Part shown: positions 10,240 through 20,469 of the stretch, one piece after another
Position numbering within the stretch: the first letter of the stretch is position 1
Layout of the letters: each line of letters opens with the position of its first letter
Source of the DNA: Promethearchaeota archaeon
GTDB taxonomy: Archaea; Asgardarchaeota; Heimdallarchaeia; Hodarchaeales; Hodarchaeaceae
Reading direction: 5' to 3'
Assembly: GCA_048938105.1 (NCBI GenBank)
Contig: JBHLMN010000001.1
Span: forward strand, 192,001 to 256,000
DNA: 64,000 bases
Program-made: the position numbers and the translations under genes
Notes under the pieces: generated by a model
Database searches by the model: none
What the model saw: only the letters and a program-made list of their open reading frames with translations
What the model was told of the DNA's origin: nothing

Positions 10240-11448
10240 TTATTTCTCTATATGATAATTTTTCACATTATCATCTATTTTTAAATCTCGCTGTCTTTTA
10301 GTATTAACTAAAATAAATTTAATAGCCTCTATAAATGCTTGAGCCTCCTTTTCAATTGTAAATTCTTTTATTATATCTTTAGAATATTCACCCATCTTTT
10401 TAGCTCTATTGTTATTCGAAAGGATTTTATTGCATGCTTTCATGAGAATAACGGGATCATTTGGAGGAATTACATATCCATTCAAACCGGGATAAATTAA
10501 ATCAGTAGATGCTCCACAAGAATTTGTGGCAATAACTGGTAATCCATGTGCCATGGCTTCATTTAACACAAGGCCCCAAATTTCCCATCTTGATGGTAAA
10601 ACAAATAAATCAGCAGTTTGATAGATTTTCGTTAAGTCTTTTCCTTCTAAAAACCCTAAGAATTCAACATCTTTTTCAATTTGTAAATTTTCACATTTTT
10701 TCTTTAGAAAATGAAGTTGTTTACCTTCTCCAACGATTAAAAGCCTGGAATTATTGATCTTTGACTTTAATAGCTTAAAAGCACTGATTAATGTGTCAAT
10801 TCCCTTAATTTTAATTAGTCGTCCTACAAATAAAATATTTTTTGTCTCTTTGAAATAAATTTTTTGTTTAGGTTTTGGTGTTGCTAAGATGTGATTAATT
10901 GGTACTGTATTATATGCAATGAAAATTCTTCTTTCCTTAGCTTCTAAACGTTCCACAAATTTTTTTGCTTCAGTTCCATATACAATAATAATGCTTGATT
11001 TTGTAATCATCAGTTTTATAACAGGGAGAAAAAGTTTTCTAAAGAAAGATTCCCCTTTATTCGTGCTTCCAATCCATATAATAACTGGTATTTTTTTTAG
11101 TTTAGCCATTAAATAGCCAATTTGGGAGGCTAAATTAGAATATCCACAGATTATCACTAGATCAAATTTGTTATTTTTTATTATTCTAAAAAGACTAAGT
11201 GTGAGACTACTTGAAAAAAAATCTATTAAATTTAGCTTTAATTCTTTACCTCTAAGAATTTGATACTTGAAGTTGAGATTAGAAGGAATATTCCATTTTC
11301 TATTTTCTTTTGTTATCGTGGAAAAAAAAACACATAGATCAATATATGGAATTGAACTTATAAAATTAAATAAAGGTATTCGATAAGGAGTGATAATTTC
11401 GTGAATTAGAGCTATACGTACTTTTTTTCTTTTTGTCAAATGAATCAA
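10240..11448 (-). CDS. Glycosyltransferase family 4
   Basis: PYR, FVGRL..KG, FVLPS..E.WGLVLNEAMA.GLP. Confidence 0.9.
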   Translation of the reverse strand: MIHLTKRKKVRIALIHEIITPYRIPLFNFISSIPYIDLCVFFSTITKENRKWNIPSNLNFKYQILRGKELKLNLIDFFSSSLTLSLFRIIKNNKFDLVIICGYSNLASQIGYLMAKLKKIPVIIWIGSTNKGESFFRKLFLPVIKLMITKSSIIIVYGTEAKKFVERLEAKERRIFIAYNTVPINHILATPKPKQKIYFKETKNILFVGRLIKIKGIDTLISAFKLLKSKINNSRLLIVGEGKQLHFLKKKCENLQIEKDVEFLGFLEGKDLTKIYQTADLFVLPSRWEIWGLVLNEAMAHGLPVIATNSCGASTDLIYPGLNGYVIPPNDPVILMKACNKILSNNNRAKKMGEYSKDIIKEFTIEKEAQAFIEAIKFILVNTKRQRDLKIDDNVKNYHIEK

Positions 11449-11583
11449 CTAATTATAAAGTCATCCAACCTATCTTTTAACATTAAAAAATTAGTTATTT
11501 ATGATTCTATAGTTTATATGATGTGAGAACCAGTTCTGATTTCCAAAAAAATAATTAATCAAACATTCCTAGATATGATTTAA

Positions 11584-13287
11584 ATGCCTAAAGACTCAAT
11601 TGTTGTTCTTGGTGTTCATGATGGCCATAATGCAGGAGTTTCGTTAATAAAAGATGGTAAAGTTCTTGTTGCAGTCAATGAAGAACGATATACTAATATA
11701 AAAAATTATAGTGGCATTCCAAGAAACTCAATTCAGAACATCTTCCAAATTTCACAGGTTTCGTCCAGTGAGATAACTGCAATTGCTATTGGTGGTCTTT
11801 TAAGAACAACAGCGCCTTTAGTTGAAGAAGAATCTTTAAAACTAAAGCTATATCGAAAACTTGGACCAATTCTAAAAAGCCATAAAATGACTAGTCTCTA
11901 TGTAAAATTTCTCCATAAAAGGAGGAAAATGAAGGAACTGAATAAAATTTTTCAGTCGTTAAATATTCACGAAAAACCTGTTTATTTTGTAGAACATCAC
12001 CTTGCTCATGCAGCCTGTGCTTTTTATCAGAGACCATGGAAAGATGATACGCTTATCTTAACCTTAGATGGAGCTGGTGATGGATTAAGTGCTACTGTAA
12101 GTGTTGGTACCACCGAGGGGATTAAACGAATTGCTTCCACAACTTCTTATCACAGTATCTCGAACAATATGTATAGTGAAATTACCGGGTATTTAGGGCT
12201 AAAAAGGTGGGAACATGAATACAAAATAATGGGTATGGCTCCTTATGGACGTTCTGAATTTGTAGCCAATATATTCAGAAAGTATTTTTCTTTGAATCCT
12301 AAAAATAGATTAGAGTTTAAAAATATGTTGGGGGCTATGGGGGATTATGTTCAACCCAAATTTAGAAAACTATTAGCTGAACATCGTTTCGATAATATTG
12401 CTGCTGCTTGCCAACTTCATTTTGAAAGTTTGATGAAGAAATGGGTAAATAATGCGATTATAGAAACTGACTTACATAAAATTGCTTGTTCTGGGGGATC
12501 ATTTTTAAATGTAAAAGCAAATAAAGAAATTAGGGAATTAGATCAAGTTACAGATGTCTTTTTTTACCCCGTATGTGATGATAGCGGAATTTCAACTGGA
12601 GCAGCATTAAGTATATATAATCAATTATGTGAAATAGATGGAAAAAAACCAAATATAAGTCCGTTATCAGATTTATATCTTGGTAGAGAATTTGAGGAAA
12701 AAAAGATCAAAAACACTATAGAAAAATCGTCAAAGCTAAATTTCACTTATAACGATGAAATTGAAGAAACAATTGCAGAAGAATTGAATCAAGGGAAAAT
12801 AATTGCGATTTTTAATGGTAGAGAGGAATTTGGTCCAAGAGCATTAGGGAATCGTTCAATAGTTGCTAAGGCTGATGATTTAGCAGTCATTAGAAAGATT
12901 AACTTCGCAATAAAACAAAGAGACTTTTGGATGCCTTTCGCTCCCTCAATTATCGAGGAAGATGCGGATAAATATTTAATAAACGCTAGACCAGCGAGAT
13001 ATATGATAGAAGCCTTTTCAACAAACCCAGAAGCTAAGGAGATAATCGCTGGACTGCATCCTTATGACAGCACTGCAAGACCACAAACTGTCAATGAGTG
13101 GAATAATAATTGGTTAAAAATTTTAACTATTTTCAAAGAACTGTCAGGATATTCTGGGATTCTTAATACTTCATACAATCTTCATGGATTTCCAATAGTG
13201 GGAACTCCTGAAGTTGCAATAAAAACTTTTTTAAAAAGTGGCCTCGATATTCTTGCTATTGGAAACTTCATTGTAAAAAAATGCTAA
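11584..13287 (+). CDS. O-carbamoyltransferase (NodU/CmcH/TobZ family)
   Basis: EER...K, EHHLAHA, LDGAGD, EYKIMGMAPYG, EFGPRALGNRS, PFAPS, HPYDSTARPQT, LNTSYN.HG.P. Confidence 0.92.
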   Translation: MPKDSIVVLGVHDGHNAGVSLIKDGKVLVAVNEERYTNIKNYSGIPRNSIQNIFQISQVSSSEITAIAIGGLLRTTAPLVEEESLKLKLYRKLGPILKSHKMTSLYVKFLHKRRKMKELNKIFQSLNIHEKPVYFVEHHLAHAACAFYQRPWKDDTLILTLDGAGDGLSATVSVGTTEGIKRIASTTSYHSISNNMYSEITGYLGLKRWEHEYKIMGMAPYGRSEFVANIFRKYFSLNPKNRLEFKNMLGAMGDYVQPKFRKLLAEHRFDNIAAACQLHFESLMKKWVNNAIIETDLHKIACSGGSFLNVKANKEIRELDQVTDVFFYPVCDDSGISTGAALSIYNQLCEIDGKKPNISPLSDLYLGREFEEKKIKNTIEKSSKLNFTYNDEIEETIAEELNQGKIIAIFNGREEFGPRALGNRSIVAKADDLAVIRKINFAIKQRDFWMPFAPSIIEEDADKYLINARPARYMIEAFSTNPEAKEIIAGLHPYDSTARPQTVNEWNNNWLKILTIFKELSGYSGILNTSYNLHGFPIVGTPEVAIKTFLKSGLDILAIGNFIVKKC

Positions 13288-13354
13288 TCACTTTTCAAAG
13301 GATTCAGAAATTATCAAGAAATTGGTATTATGAATAAAATGGTGAAATTCTAAT

Positions 13355-14530
13355 TTGAAAGTGTTATATTTTTCAAAAGGAATGACTTCTCCCACCCCAG
13401 GCCCAGAATCTGTAGGAAGAATTCTTATAAACCACTTGGTTGATTTAACCTCAATTTCGAATGAGGTCGAATTTTTCTTTGTAACAGATAAAATATATTC
13501 TAATAACTTTAAGGGAAAAATATTTAGCTATTTAAATAGTGTTATTCCTCTTCCTGAAGTTCCAATTTTAAGCTTTGAGTGGGAGAATTTTCTTTCATCA
13601 AAAACATTAAAAAATTTATGTAACGTTCTGAAACCAGATTTGGTTCACATTCATGGACGAGCAGGCTATTATCCAGCTCCACCTAAAGGTTATCCTTCCT
13701 TAGTAACATTTCACGAATTTCCTCCAATGACTGTATATGATGATTTCTCTTTTGGTCCATCAAAAATTCTTCTGAATTCATGGTTAAAGCGTGGCAAAAT
13801 GATAAGAATGAAAAGAATTCCTGATTATGATCATTTTCACGCTTTATCTTCAGAGATAGCTCTGTTTTTGAAGGCGTCTGGTATTGCTAACTCTAAAATT
13901 CATTTAATCCCTAATGGAACTCTAAAAACACCTAGATCTGTTAATAAAGAATATTTTAAAAAAAAGTTTAAGAGGATATTAGGATTATCAGACAATTCTA
14001 AGATCTTAACCATGGTAGGTACAATAAGTTATCATAAAGGTATTCATTTTATTAAGAGATGCATTCCAGAACTTCCTACTAATTATCATCTTGTCCTAGT
14101 AGGAAGTTCTACGAAATTTATTGGCCATCAGTATCTAAGAGCGATTTTAAAGGGAAAGCATTCGCATAGAATCCATTACGTTGGTTATCAATCACCTAAT
14201 GTTATATATTCAATATTAAATGCAAGTGATTGTTTTCTGTCTTTAAGTATTAGTGAAGCTTGTCAGCTTTCCCTTCTTGAGGCCGTTAGTACAGGAATAC
14301 CAGTGATAATAACGGAATGTGGCGCCGCAAAAGATATATTTGGTTCAGATTATTATTTTCTTCTTCCTACATATCCTAATATAAAACTGTTGCGAGATAA
14401 AATTGTAGAAATTGTTGAAAATGGTTCTAAATTCCAAAATATCAAAATAAATATAAAAAGCTGGAAAGATGTAGCAATTATGATGAAAAAGTTATATTTC
14501 TCAATAAAAACTGAAGAATTCATAGAATAA
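13355..14530 (+). CDS. Glycosyltransferase family 4
   Basis: PDLVHIH, IPNG, VG....HKG, E...LSLLEA...GIPVI. Confidence 0.85.
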   Translation: MKVLYFSKGMTSPTPGPESVGRILINHLVDLTSISNEVEFFFVTDKIYSNNFKGKIFSYLNSVIPLPEVPILSFEWENFLSSKTLKNLCNVLKPDLVHIHGRAGYYPAPPKGYPSLVTFHEFPPMTVYDDFSFGPSKILLNSWLKRGKMIRMKRIPDYDHFHALSSEIALFLKASGIANSKIHLIPNGTLKTPRSVNKEYFKKKFKRILGLSDNSKILTMVGTISYHKGIHFIKRCIPELPTNYHLVLVGSSTKFIGHQYLRAILKGKHSHRIHYVGYQSPNVIYSILNASDCFLSLSISEACQLSLLEAVSTGIPVIITECGAAKDIFGSDYYFLLPTYPNIKLLRDKIVEIVENGSKFQNIKINIKSWKDVAIMMKKLYFSIKTEEFIE

Positions 14531-14590
14531 TTTTTAATAGAATTAGACATTAATTAATAGAATTATCAAAAACAACTATATTGTAAATTC

Positions 14591-15856
14591 TTGGCATGGA
14601 TAACAATGGCTCATATCTGTATTGTTTCTCAATATTTTATACCAGATATCGGTGGAGCTGTAACAAGACTAGTGAATTTACTAAAAATTCTTAATTCATT
14701 GGATCATGAAGTAACTATTGTTACAACTGTTCCTCATTATCCAAACGGTGATATTCCTATTAATTATCGAACAAGGTGGAAATTCATTGAGAAATCAGGT
14801 AATATTACAGTAATAAGAATACGTATGCCACAGAGGCCTCATAATTCATTTTTGAATCGGTTGATTAATTATTTTTCTTTCGTTTTCCTTTCAATTTCAG
14901 CACTTCCTTTACTAGGAAAGATAGATTTAATATGGGTGACTAGCCCAAATTTCTTTGGTAATTTTACTGGAGTCATCTATAAAGTTGTAAAACGAATCCC
15001 TTTAATCCTCAATGTAGATGATTTCTGGCCAGATGTTGTTGAGGAGCTGGGTATAGTAACATCACGTCTTTTACTTAAAATAAGTGATTTTGCCAATTTA
15101 TTTGTTTTTAATTACTGTGATTACATTACTCCTATCAGTTTGATGATAAAAAAGAAATTGATAACAAAATACCATGTAAACCCTACTAAGATCTATGTCA
15201 TTGAGGTAGGAGTTGATTATCCAAGATTCATGCAGGCTATTCATGAGTCAAAAGAAGGAATAAGCATTAAACAGGAAAAAAGACATTTTTCCTTGAGTGA
15301 TCCACAACCTTTGATTGTTTATAGCGGAGTACTAGGCCCTGCTTATGATTTTGAGTTGTTATTGAAGGCGACAAAAAAGTTGGAAACAGAAGTTGATACA
15401 TTTCAACTAATTATCCATGGGGATGGTCCATTAAAACCCTTTATCGAAACATATATCTCTAAAATAGGTTTAAAACGCACTAAATTATTAACCAATCATC
15501 TTACATTTAATGATTATATGAATTTTCTGTTAAACGCATTTATTTTTGTATTACCAATGAAAAAAGGAGTTTTCTCCGAAACAGCTATTCCAGCAAAGCT
15601 TTTCACTTACTTAATGCTAGATAAGCCAATTATATCTACTAAGGGAGGAAATATAGAGATAATCTTAAAAGAATCAAATGCAGGATTCGCTGTTCCACAC
15701 AACTACAAATCTCTCACTCAAGCATTAAAATTATTATTAAAAGATGACGTATTATATACCCACTTTTGTGGGAATGGCTCTAAATATGCCAGAAGTCATT
15801 TTGACCTAAAAGTTATTAAAAAAAAGGTAAAAAGTCTATTTATTGAATTAAAGTAG
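14591..15856 (+). CDS. Glycosyltransferase family 4 (WbuB-like)
   Basis: SQYF.PD.GG, PHYP.G, R..NY.SF, D.WPD, P.KLF.Y. Likely start is ATG at 14606. Confidence 0.88.
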   Translation: MAWITMAHICIVSQYFIPDIGGAVTRLVNLLKILNSLDHEVTIVTTVPHYPNGDIPINYRTRWKFIEKSGNITVIRIRMPQRPHNSFLNRLINYFSFVFLSISALPLLGKIDLIWVTSPNFFGNFTGVIYKVVKRIPLILNVDDFWPDVVEELGIVTSRLLLKISDFANLFVFNYCDYITPISLMIKKKLITKYHVNPTKIYVIEVGVDYPRFMQAIHESKEGISIKQEKRHFSLSDPQPLIVYSGVLGPAYDFELLLKATKKLETEVDTFQLIIHGDGPLKPFIETYISKIGLKRTKLLTNHLTFNDYMNFLLNAFIFVLPMKKGVFSETAIPAKLFTYLMLDKPIISTKGGNIEIILKESNAGFAVPHNYKSLTQALKLLLKDDVLYTHFCGNGSKYARSHFDLKVIKKKVKSLFIELK

Positions 15857-15997
15857 CACATTTTTTCAAGTACGTATTTAATTACTAATAATGTTTCTTA
15901 ATCCAATTCAACAACTAAAAAAATTGTAAAAAGAATTATAAAGACAAAATGTAGCTAAAGATAAGAACTCTTTTTCTAAATTATTATTAGTTTGACT

Positions 15998-17179
15998 TTA
16001 ATTAACTAAATGCATGTAAATCTTGAGTAGGTTTCTATTAATAATAGTACTGCTAAATGATCTAGCAATGGTTTTATAAGCTTTTATTACTATCCTTTTG
16101 GTACGATTGGGATTATTAATCAAAAATTCTATTGAATTTTCAAGGCTTTTGAAATCATGATTGATCAAAAATCCATTTTTTCTATTTTGAATGATCTGAG
16201 GAATGTCACCGACTGGTGTTGTAATCACAGGAACTTTTGCAGCCATAGCTTCAAGTAGAACTGTAGGGGATCCCTCCCAATAAGAAGGTAAGATCAACGC
16301 TTGTGATTCAGCTAATATTCTTGGTATTTCTTTATGTGGCTTTGAGCCTAAATAATCAACTGTGATATTACTATTTTTACATAATTTTTCTAAAGTTTTA
16401 AGTCTAGGTGAAAGAGACCCTTGCCCAACAAATCGGAAATTTAGCTTATTATTTAAGTTATTACGTCTTTTCCTTATCCATTCTTCAAGAAAACCTATTC
16501 CCTTCCAGGGTTCGATGTCCCCAATATAGAGAACAGAAAACGTTCCATCATTATCTTTCAGATCATAATAGTGATTATTTGAAAAGAGCTTAAAATTAAT
16601 GGTATTTGGGATATAAATCAGTCTATATTCAGGTACACTGTAATAGATTTTTACTTTTCGTAGATCGCTTTTTGATACTGATGCAATCCTATTGGCATGA
16701 GATATGGTTAAACGCCCTAAAGTTTTATCATAAAATGCTTTAGTGGTTATTTTCAAAGTAGATGCTTGATATGGGGGAAGTCCTATTCCCCCATGAAGAT
16801 GTAGTAAGGTTGGGATCTTTTTTATTTTTCCAAATAAGACTCCCTGGTTGGAAATAAAGTATAAATAGGAATGGATATGAATAATATCGAACTTTGATTT
16901 TCTTAGGTAATTTAATATGAAAGAAACTGGATTAATGTGCCAGATATCTTTTAAAGAATAGATTTTAACTTGTTTGATTCCATTTATTTCGCTTATTCCT
17001 GCTTTTTTTCTGGATTGAGTCGTTGTCAGAATCGTGACATCTATACCTGCTTTCTTTTGATGGGGTGAGATTGTGTTTACGTATCTTTCTGGACCCCCAT
17101 ATTGTTCTCCATAGAATGGTGCAATATGACATACTTTAAGCACTAGTTTCTTGAACCCCCTTTTATGTAATTCTTTCAA
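15998..17179 (-). CDS. Glycosyltransferase family 4
   Basis: GGPER, FDIIHIHS, LPSYWEG.P.VLLEAMA, VGDIP. Confidence 0.9.
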   Translation of the reverse strand: MKELHKRGFKKLVLKVCHIAPFYGEQYGGPERYVNTISPHQKKAGIDVTILTTTQSRKKAGISEINGIKQVKIYSLKDIWHINPVSFILNYLRKSKFDIIHIHSYLYFISNQGVLFGKIKKIPTLLHLHGGIGLPPYQASTLKITTKAFYDKTLGRLTISHANRIASVSKSDLRKVKIYYSVPEYRLIYIPNTINFKLFSNNHYYDLKDNDGTFSVLYIGDIEPWKGIGFLEEWIRKRRNNLNNKLNFRFVGQGSLSPRLKTLEKLCKNSNITVDYLGSKPHKEIPRILAESQALILPSYWEGSPTVLLEAMAAKVPVITTPVGDIPQIIQNRKNGFLINHDFKSLENSIEFLINNPNRTKRIVIKAYKTIARSFSSTIINRNLLKIYMHLVN

Positions 17180-17576
17180 CAGGCACTTAATATCTAATTA
17201 TTTCTTAGTTTTTTAAATATTTGTTTTTCACTTTGATTACAAAGTCATTATCTTCATATTTAACAAAAATCTTTAAATCACCATCAATAAATCCTTCTTT
17301 CTTGAGATATTTTACCTAAGAATAATTTTTTATCCATATGTTTATTAAATTATTAGCCTGTACGATTTCAGGTAAAAATATTATTCTTAATTAGCCAATA
17401 ATGATCTGTTTAAATAAGTTCAATTCCAATGAATATTCTTAGCAATTACTGTTATGAAATTATTCTTCATGAAGTAATCTCTGCATATCGGTAAATTAAT
17501 TTTATTTGTTTAAATAAAGCCTTTAAAAAGATAAAAAGAATTCTCTTCAGTAAAATCAGCACTTTAGGAAACAATT

Positions 17577-18683
17577 ATGCCAACCATCGCTTATTTTATC
17601 AGCGATCACGGATTAGGACATGCTACTCGAAGTATTGCGATCATCCGTTCGATGTTCGAATGTGACTTAGAAACATCAGTCAATATCCACACTTCAAAGC
17701 CTCTGTCTTTAATGAAGAACTCATTATCCTTAATTGATGTACCAAAACGAGTGGATTTTCACGAACAATTGAATGATTTTGGTTTTATTGGGGATGAACT
17801 GACTGGGAAAATTGATCATCCAAAAACAGCCTTGGAAGTCACCTCGTGGATTCAAACCTGGCATTCTTCCTATATCTTTGATGAGTATACATATCTTAAA
17901 GCAAAGAATGTAGATTTAATTATTTCGGATATCGCTCCTCAACCCTTTTTACTAGCTAAGAAATTAAAAATACCCAGTATTGCGATTAGTAACTTCACCT
18001 GGTTAGATATATATCAGAATTCAGCTTTTAACTTAGTTGATCTTGATACTATTTGGAAAGCTTATCGTGAAGCGTCTCTTGGATTAATGTTACCCTTTAA
18101 TTTAGAAAACACCGTTTTTCGGTCTAAATTAGAGACAGCGTTGGTTAGTCGTAAACCAACACGTTCCAAAGAAGAAATGCGTGAATCATTAGGTTTTGAC
18201 TCTTCCTTATGTATTATTTATGCAGGAACAGGGACATCGCTTGAAAATCCATTTCTAAGAGAGTGGACTGAAAAAAAAGACCTAATCTTCATCCTCGGAG
18301 GACAACCTAATATTACAGGGCATAATACAAGAACAATCCCTCCTCAAGATCCTGAAGGACAAGATTACATTAACTGTAGTGATTTAGCTCTCATAAAAGT
18401 TAGCTATAGCTCAGTTTCTGAAGCTATTCGTTCACATGTTCCAATCATTGGTGTAGATTTCGTCCAATCTGCAGAGACTATTTTTATGAAGGATATTATC
18501 AAGAATTTAGGGATTGGAGTATGTATTTCCCCTGAAGAGTATTTTCAGGGCAAATGGATAGAATTTATCCCCTCGGTGTTAAAAATGAAACAGAATTATG
18601 TTAATTTACCCACACGTTTTACAAAACATGGAGAGGATCAGATTGTTAACATTATTTTGGATCTTCTAGAAGAAATTACTTAA
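17577..18683 (+). CDS. GT-B glycosyltransferase resembling the N-terminal domain of plant L-arabinokinase
   Basis: YFISDHGLGHATR, IISDI.P, SNFTW.DIY, K.SYSSVSEA. Confidence 0.7.
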   Translation: MPTIAYFISDHGLGHATRSIAIIRSMFECDLETSVNIHTSKPLSLMKNSLSLIDVPKRVDFHEQLNDFGFIGDELTGKIDHPKTALEVTSWIQTWHSSYIFDEYTYLKAKNVDLIISDIAPQPFLLAKKLKIPSIAISNFTWLDIYQNSAFNLVDLDTIWKAYREASLGLMLPFNLENTVFRSKLETALVSRKPTRSKEEMRESLGFDSSLCIIYAGTGTSLENPFLREWTEKKDLIFILGGQPNITGHNTRTIPPQDPEGQDYINCSDLALIKVSYSSVSEAIRSHVPIIGVDFVQSAETIFMKDIIKNLGIGVCISPEEYFQGKWIEFIPSVLKMKQNYVNLPTRFTKHGEDQIVNIILDLLEEIT

Positions 18684-18711
18684 TTTTAATTATTTTCTAA
18701 ATGATCTATCT

Positions 18712-19275
18712 TTACGTTTTTAACAAATCAGCTTTAGTAATTATTCCTTTAATTTTCCCTTTCTCGGTAACTAATACTGCTGCAGAAAATTGGAGTAAGC
18801 TCATAATAACTTTCGAGGGTATTCCCTTATTAACCACAGGAAAGACATCATCCATAATTTCTTCTACTGGTTTTTCCATTATTTCTTCTAGGGTCTGTCC
18901 TTTCAATAATAAATCTAAAAGGGTTTGTTCTGATATACTACCAAGATTCTTTCCGTCCTTCGAAAAGACTGGTAGTTGGGATATACTATTCTTTTTCATT
19001 AACTCAAAAACATGCCGAATAGTGCCATCATTTTTTACAAATATTACTGGAGACATTATTTCATATGCTTTTACTTGATTTTTATCCTCAATTGAGTCCA
19101 GGATTTGATATATCCGACGTACTACGCTATAAGAGGGATTAATGGTTCCGCTTTCGATTTTTGCAATCATTGATTGAGATATCCCTGCTCTTTGAGCCAA
19201 TTGTGCTTGTGTGAGTCCAATAATTTTCCGCATGCGCCGTAATTCAATTAAATCAGGTAAAATCGGCCTCTTCAA
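18712..19275 (-). CDS. XRE-HTH plus CBS-pair transcriptional regulator (COG3620-like)
   Basis: GLTQAQLAQRAGISQSMIAKIESG..NPSY, followed by two CBS repeats (SQLPV, GIITKADLL). Confidence 0.92.
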   Translation of the reverse strand: MKRPILPDLIELRRMRKIIGLTQAQLAQRAGISQSMIAKIESGTINPSYSVVRRIYQILDSIEDKNQVKAYEIMSPVIFVKNDGTIRHVFELMKKNSISQLPVFSKDGKNLGSISEQTLLDLLLKGQTLEEIMEKPVEEIMDDVFPVVNKGIPSKVIMSLLQFSAAVLVTEKGKIKGIITKADLLKT

Positions 19276-19395
19276 TTGATTTTACACCTTAAATATTCGT
19301 GTAAGTAAAGAATAATGTAGGTTTTTAATATTCCCTTCAATCATATTTTCATCAGTAACATATGAATAAACTCAAGATAAATCCCATTTTGACCA

Positions 19396-20469
19396 GTGTT
19401 GCCACAATATAGCTCTATACTAACAGGTATTCATCCTCTGTCTGAGTCTTTGATCAAAAAAATTTTCGATCTCAAATATGGTAGGACTTCTTCCCCCACC
19501 CAAGTTAAGAATGCATTTGAAAGCGATATTAAAGATTTAACAACTTTGTTACTGCAAATCTTTCCTATTGCTATTTCTACGGGAAATTTGGGTTGGTGGG
19601 ATCTTTTCAGGCCCTTCTCACATGAATTGCAAGGACTTGCTCACAGGAAGAATGTAAGAAACCTTCCTGTTGCTCGCATTCCTTTGACTAATACATTTTA
19701 CAGGCAACCAATTGTCAGTGGGAAGATCTTCCATGAAGGGGCAGTTCTCAAGGTCGCAAAACATCCTTTTCTGAATGGATCTATCCTTCAAACAAGATTT
19801 TTACCTGCTAAATACAAACAAAAAGGATGGACTTTATGTTTACCTGGGCCATTTTCTTTTTCGAGGGCTGTTGCCATAAATTCGGAAGGACAAAAAGAGT
19901 ACAGAACAAGAGACGATCTTATGGCTGATTTTTCTCAAATCTTGAAAGAGGAATTTCATTACCTTTCTTCTGAGGGATTCTCTCATATTATTCTAGATGA
20001 AGCCTCTCTCACTTGGGAGTCTGTTGATACTGATACTACTTCTTCTCTTACTGATGTGTGGAATCAGATTGTCACTAAGTCATCTTTGAAGATAGCTATT
20101 CATACTTATCATCATCTTGATGAAGAAAAGCTCCAACTGCTTTTAGATTCCAACGCTTGGGGTATTGGTATCGACTGTATCAGAAATGATCCCAGAAAAT
20201 TAGCTGATTATGACTTTGATGGCAAGTCAATTTTAGCTGGTGTCGTTGATGCACAAAGTTATCTTAGAGATTCTGATGGTGAGTTACTAGTGGAAGATGT
20301 TGATGAATTGGTCAAATTTACCAATATATTGGCGGAAATACAAACAAAGAATGTAATTCTAGCCCCCACTACTCGCTTGGAATTTGTTCCAAGGTCTGTT
20401 GCTGATCTAAAGCTAATAAAAATAGGTAAAGCACTTGAGATATTACTTGAAAAGGAGGGTATTGTTTGA
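19396..20469 (+). CDS. Cobalamin-independent methionine synthase, N-terminal-like subunit (split MetE)
   Basis: TNTFYRQP, LPGP.SF, DE.SL, HTY, GIGID, GVVD. No Zn ligands. Coupled to the next gene by a TTGA overlap. Confidence 0.7.
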   Translation: MLPQYSSILTGIHPLSESLIKKIFDLKYGRTSSPTQVKNAFESDIKDLTTLLLQIFPIAISTGNLGWWDLFRPFSHELQGLAHRKNVRNLPVARIPLTNTFYRQPIVSGKIFHEGAVLKVAKHPFLNGSILQTRFLPAKYKQKGWTLCLPGPFSFSRAVAINSEGQKEYRTRDDLMADFSQILKEEFHYLSSEGFSHIILDEASLTWESVDTDTTSSLTDVWNQIVTKSSLKIAIHTYHHLDEEKLQLLLDSNAWGIGIDCIRNDPRKLADYDFDGKSILAGVVDAQSYLRDSDGELLVEDVDELVKFTNILAEIQTKNVILAPTTRLEFVPRSVADLKLIKIGKALEILLEKEGIV

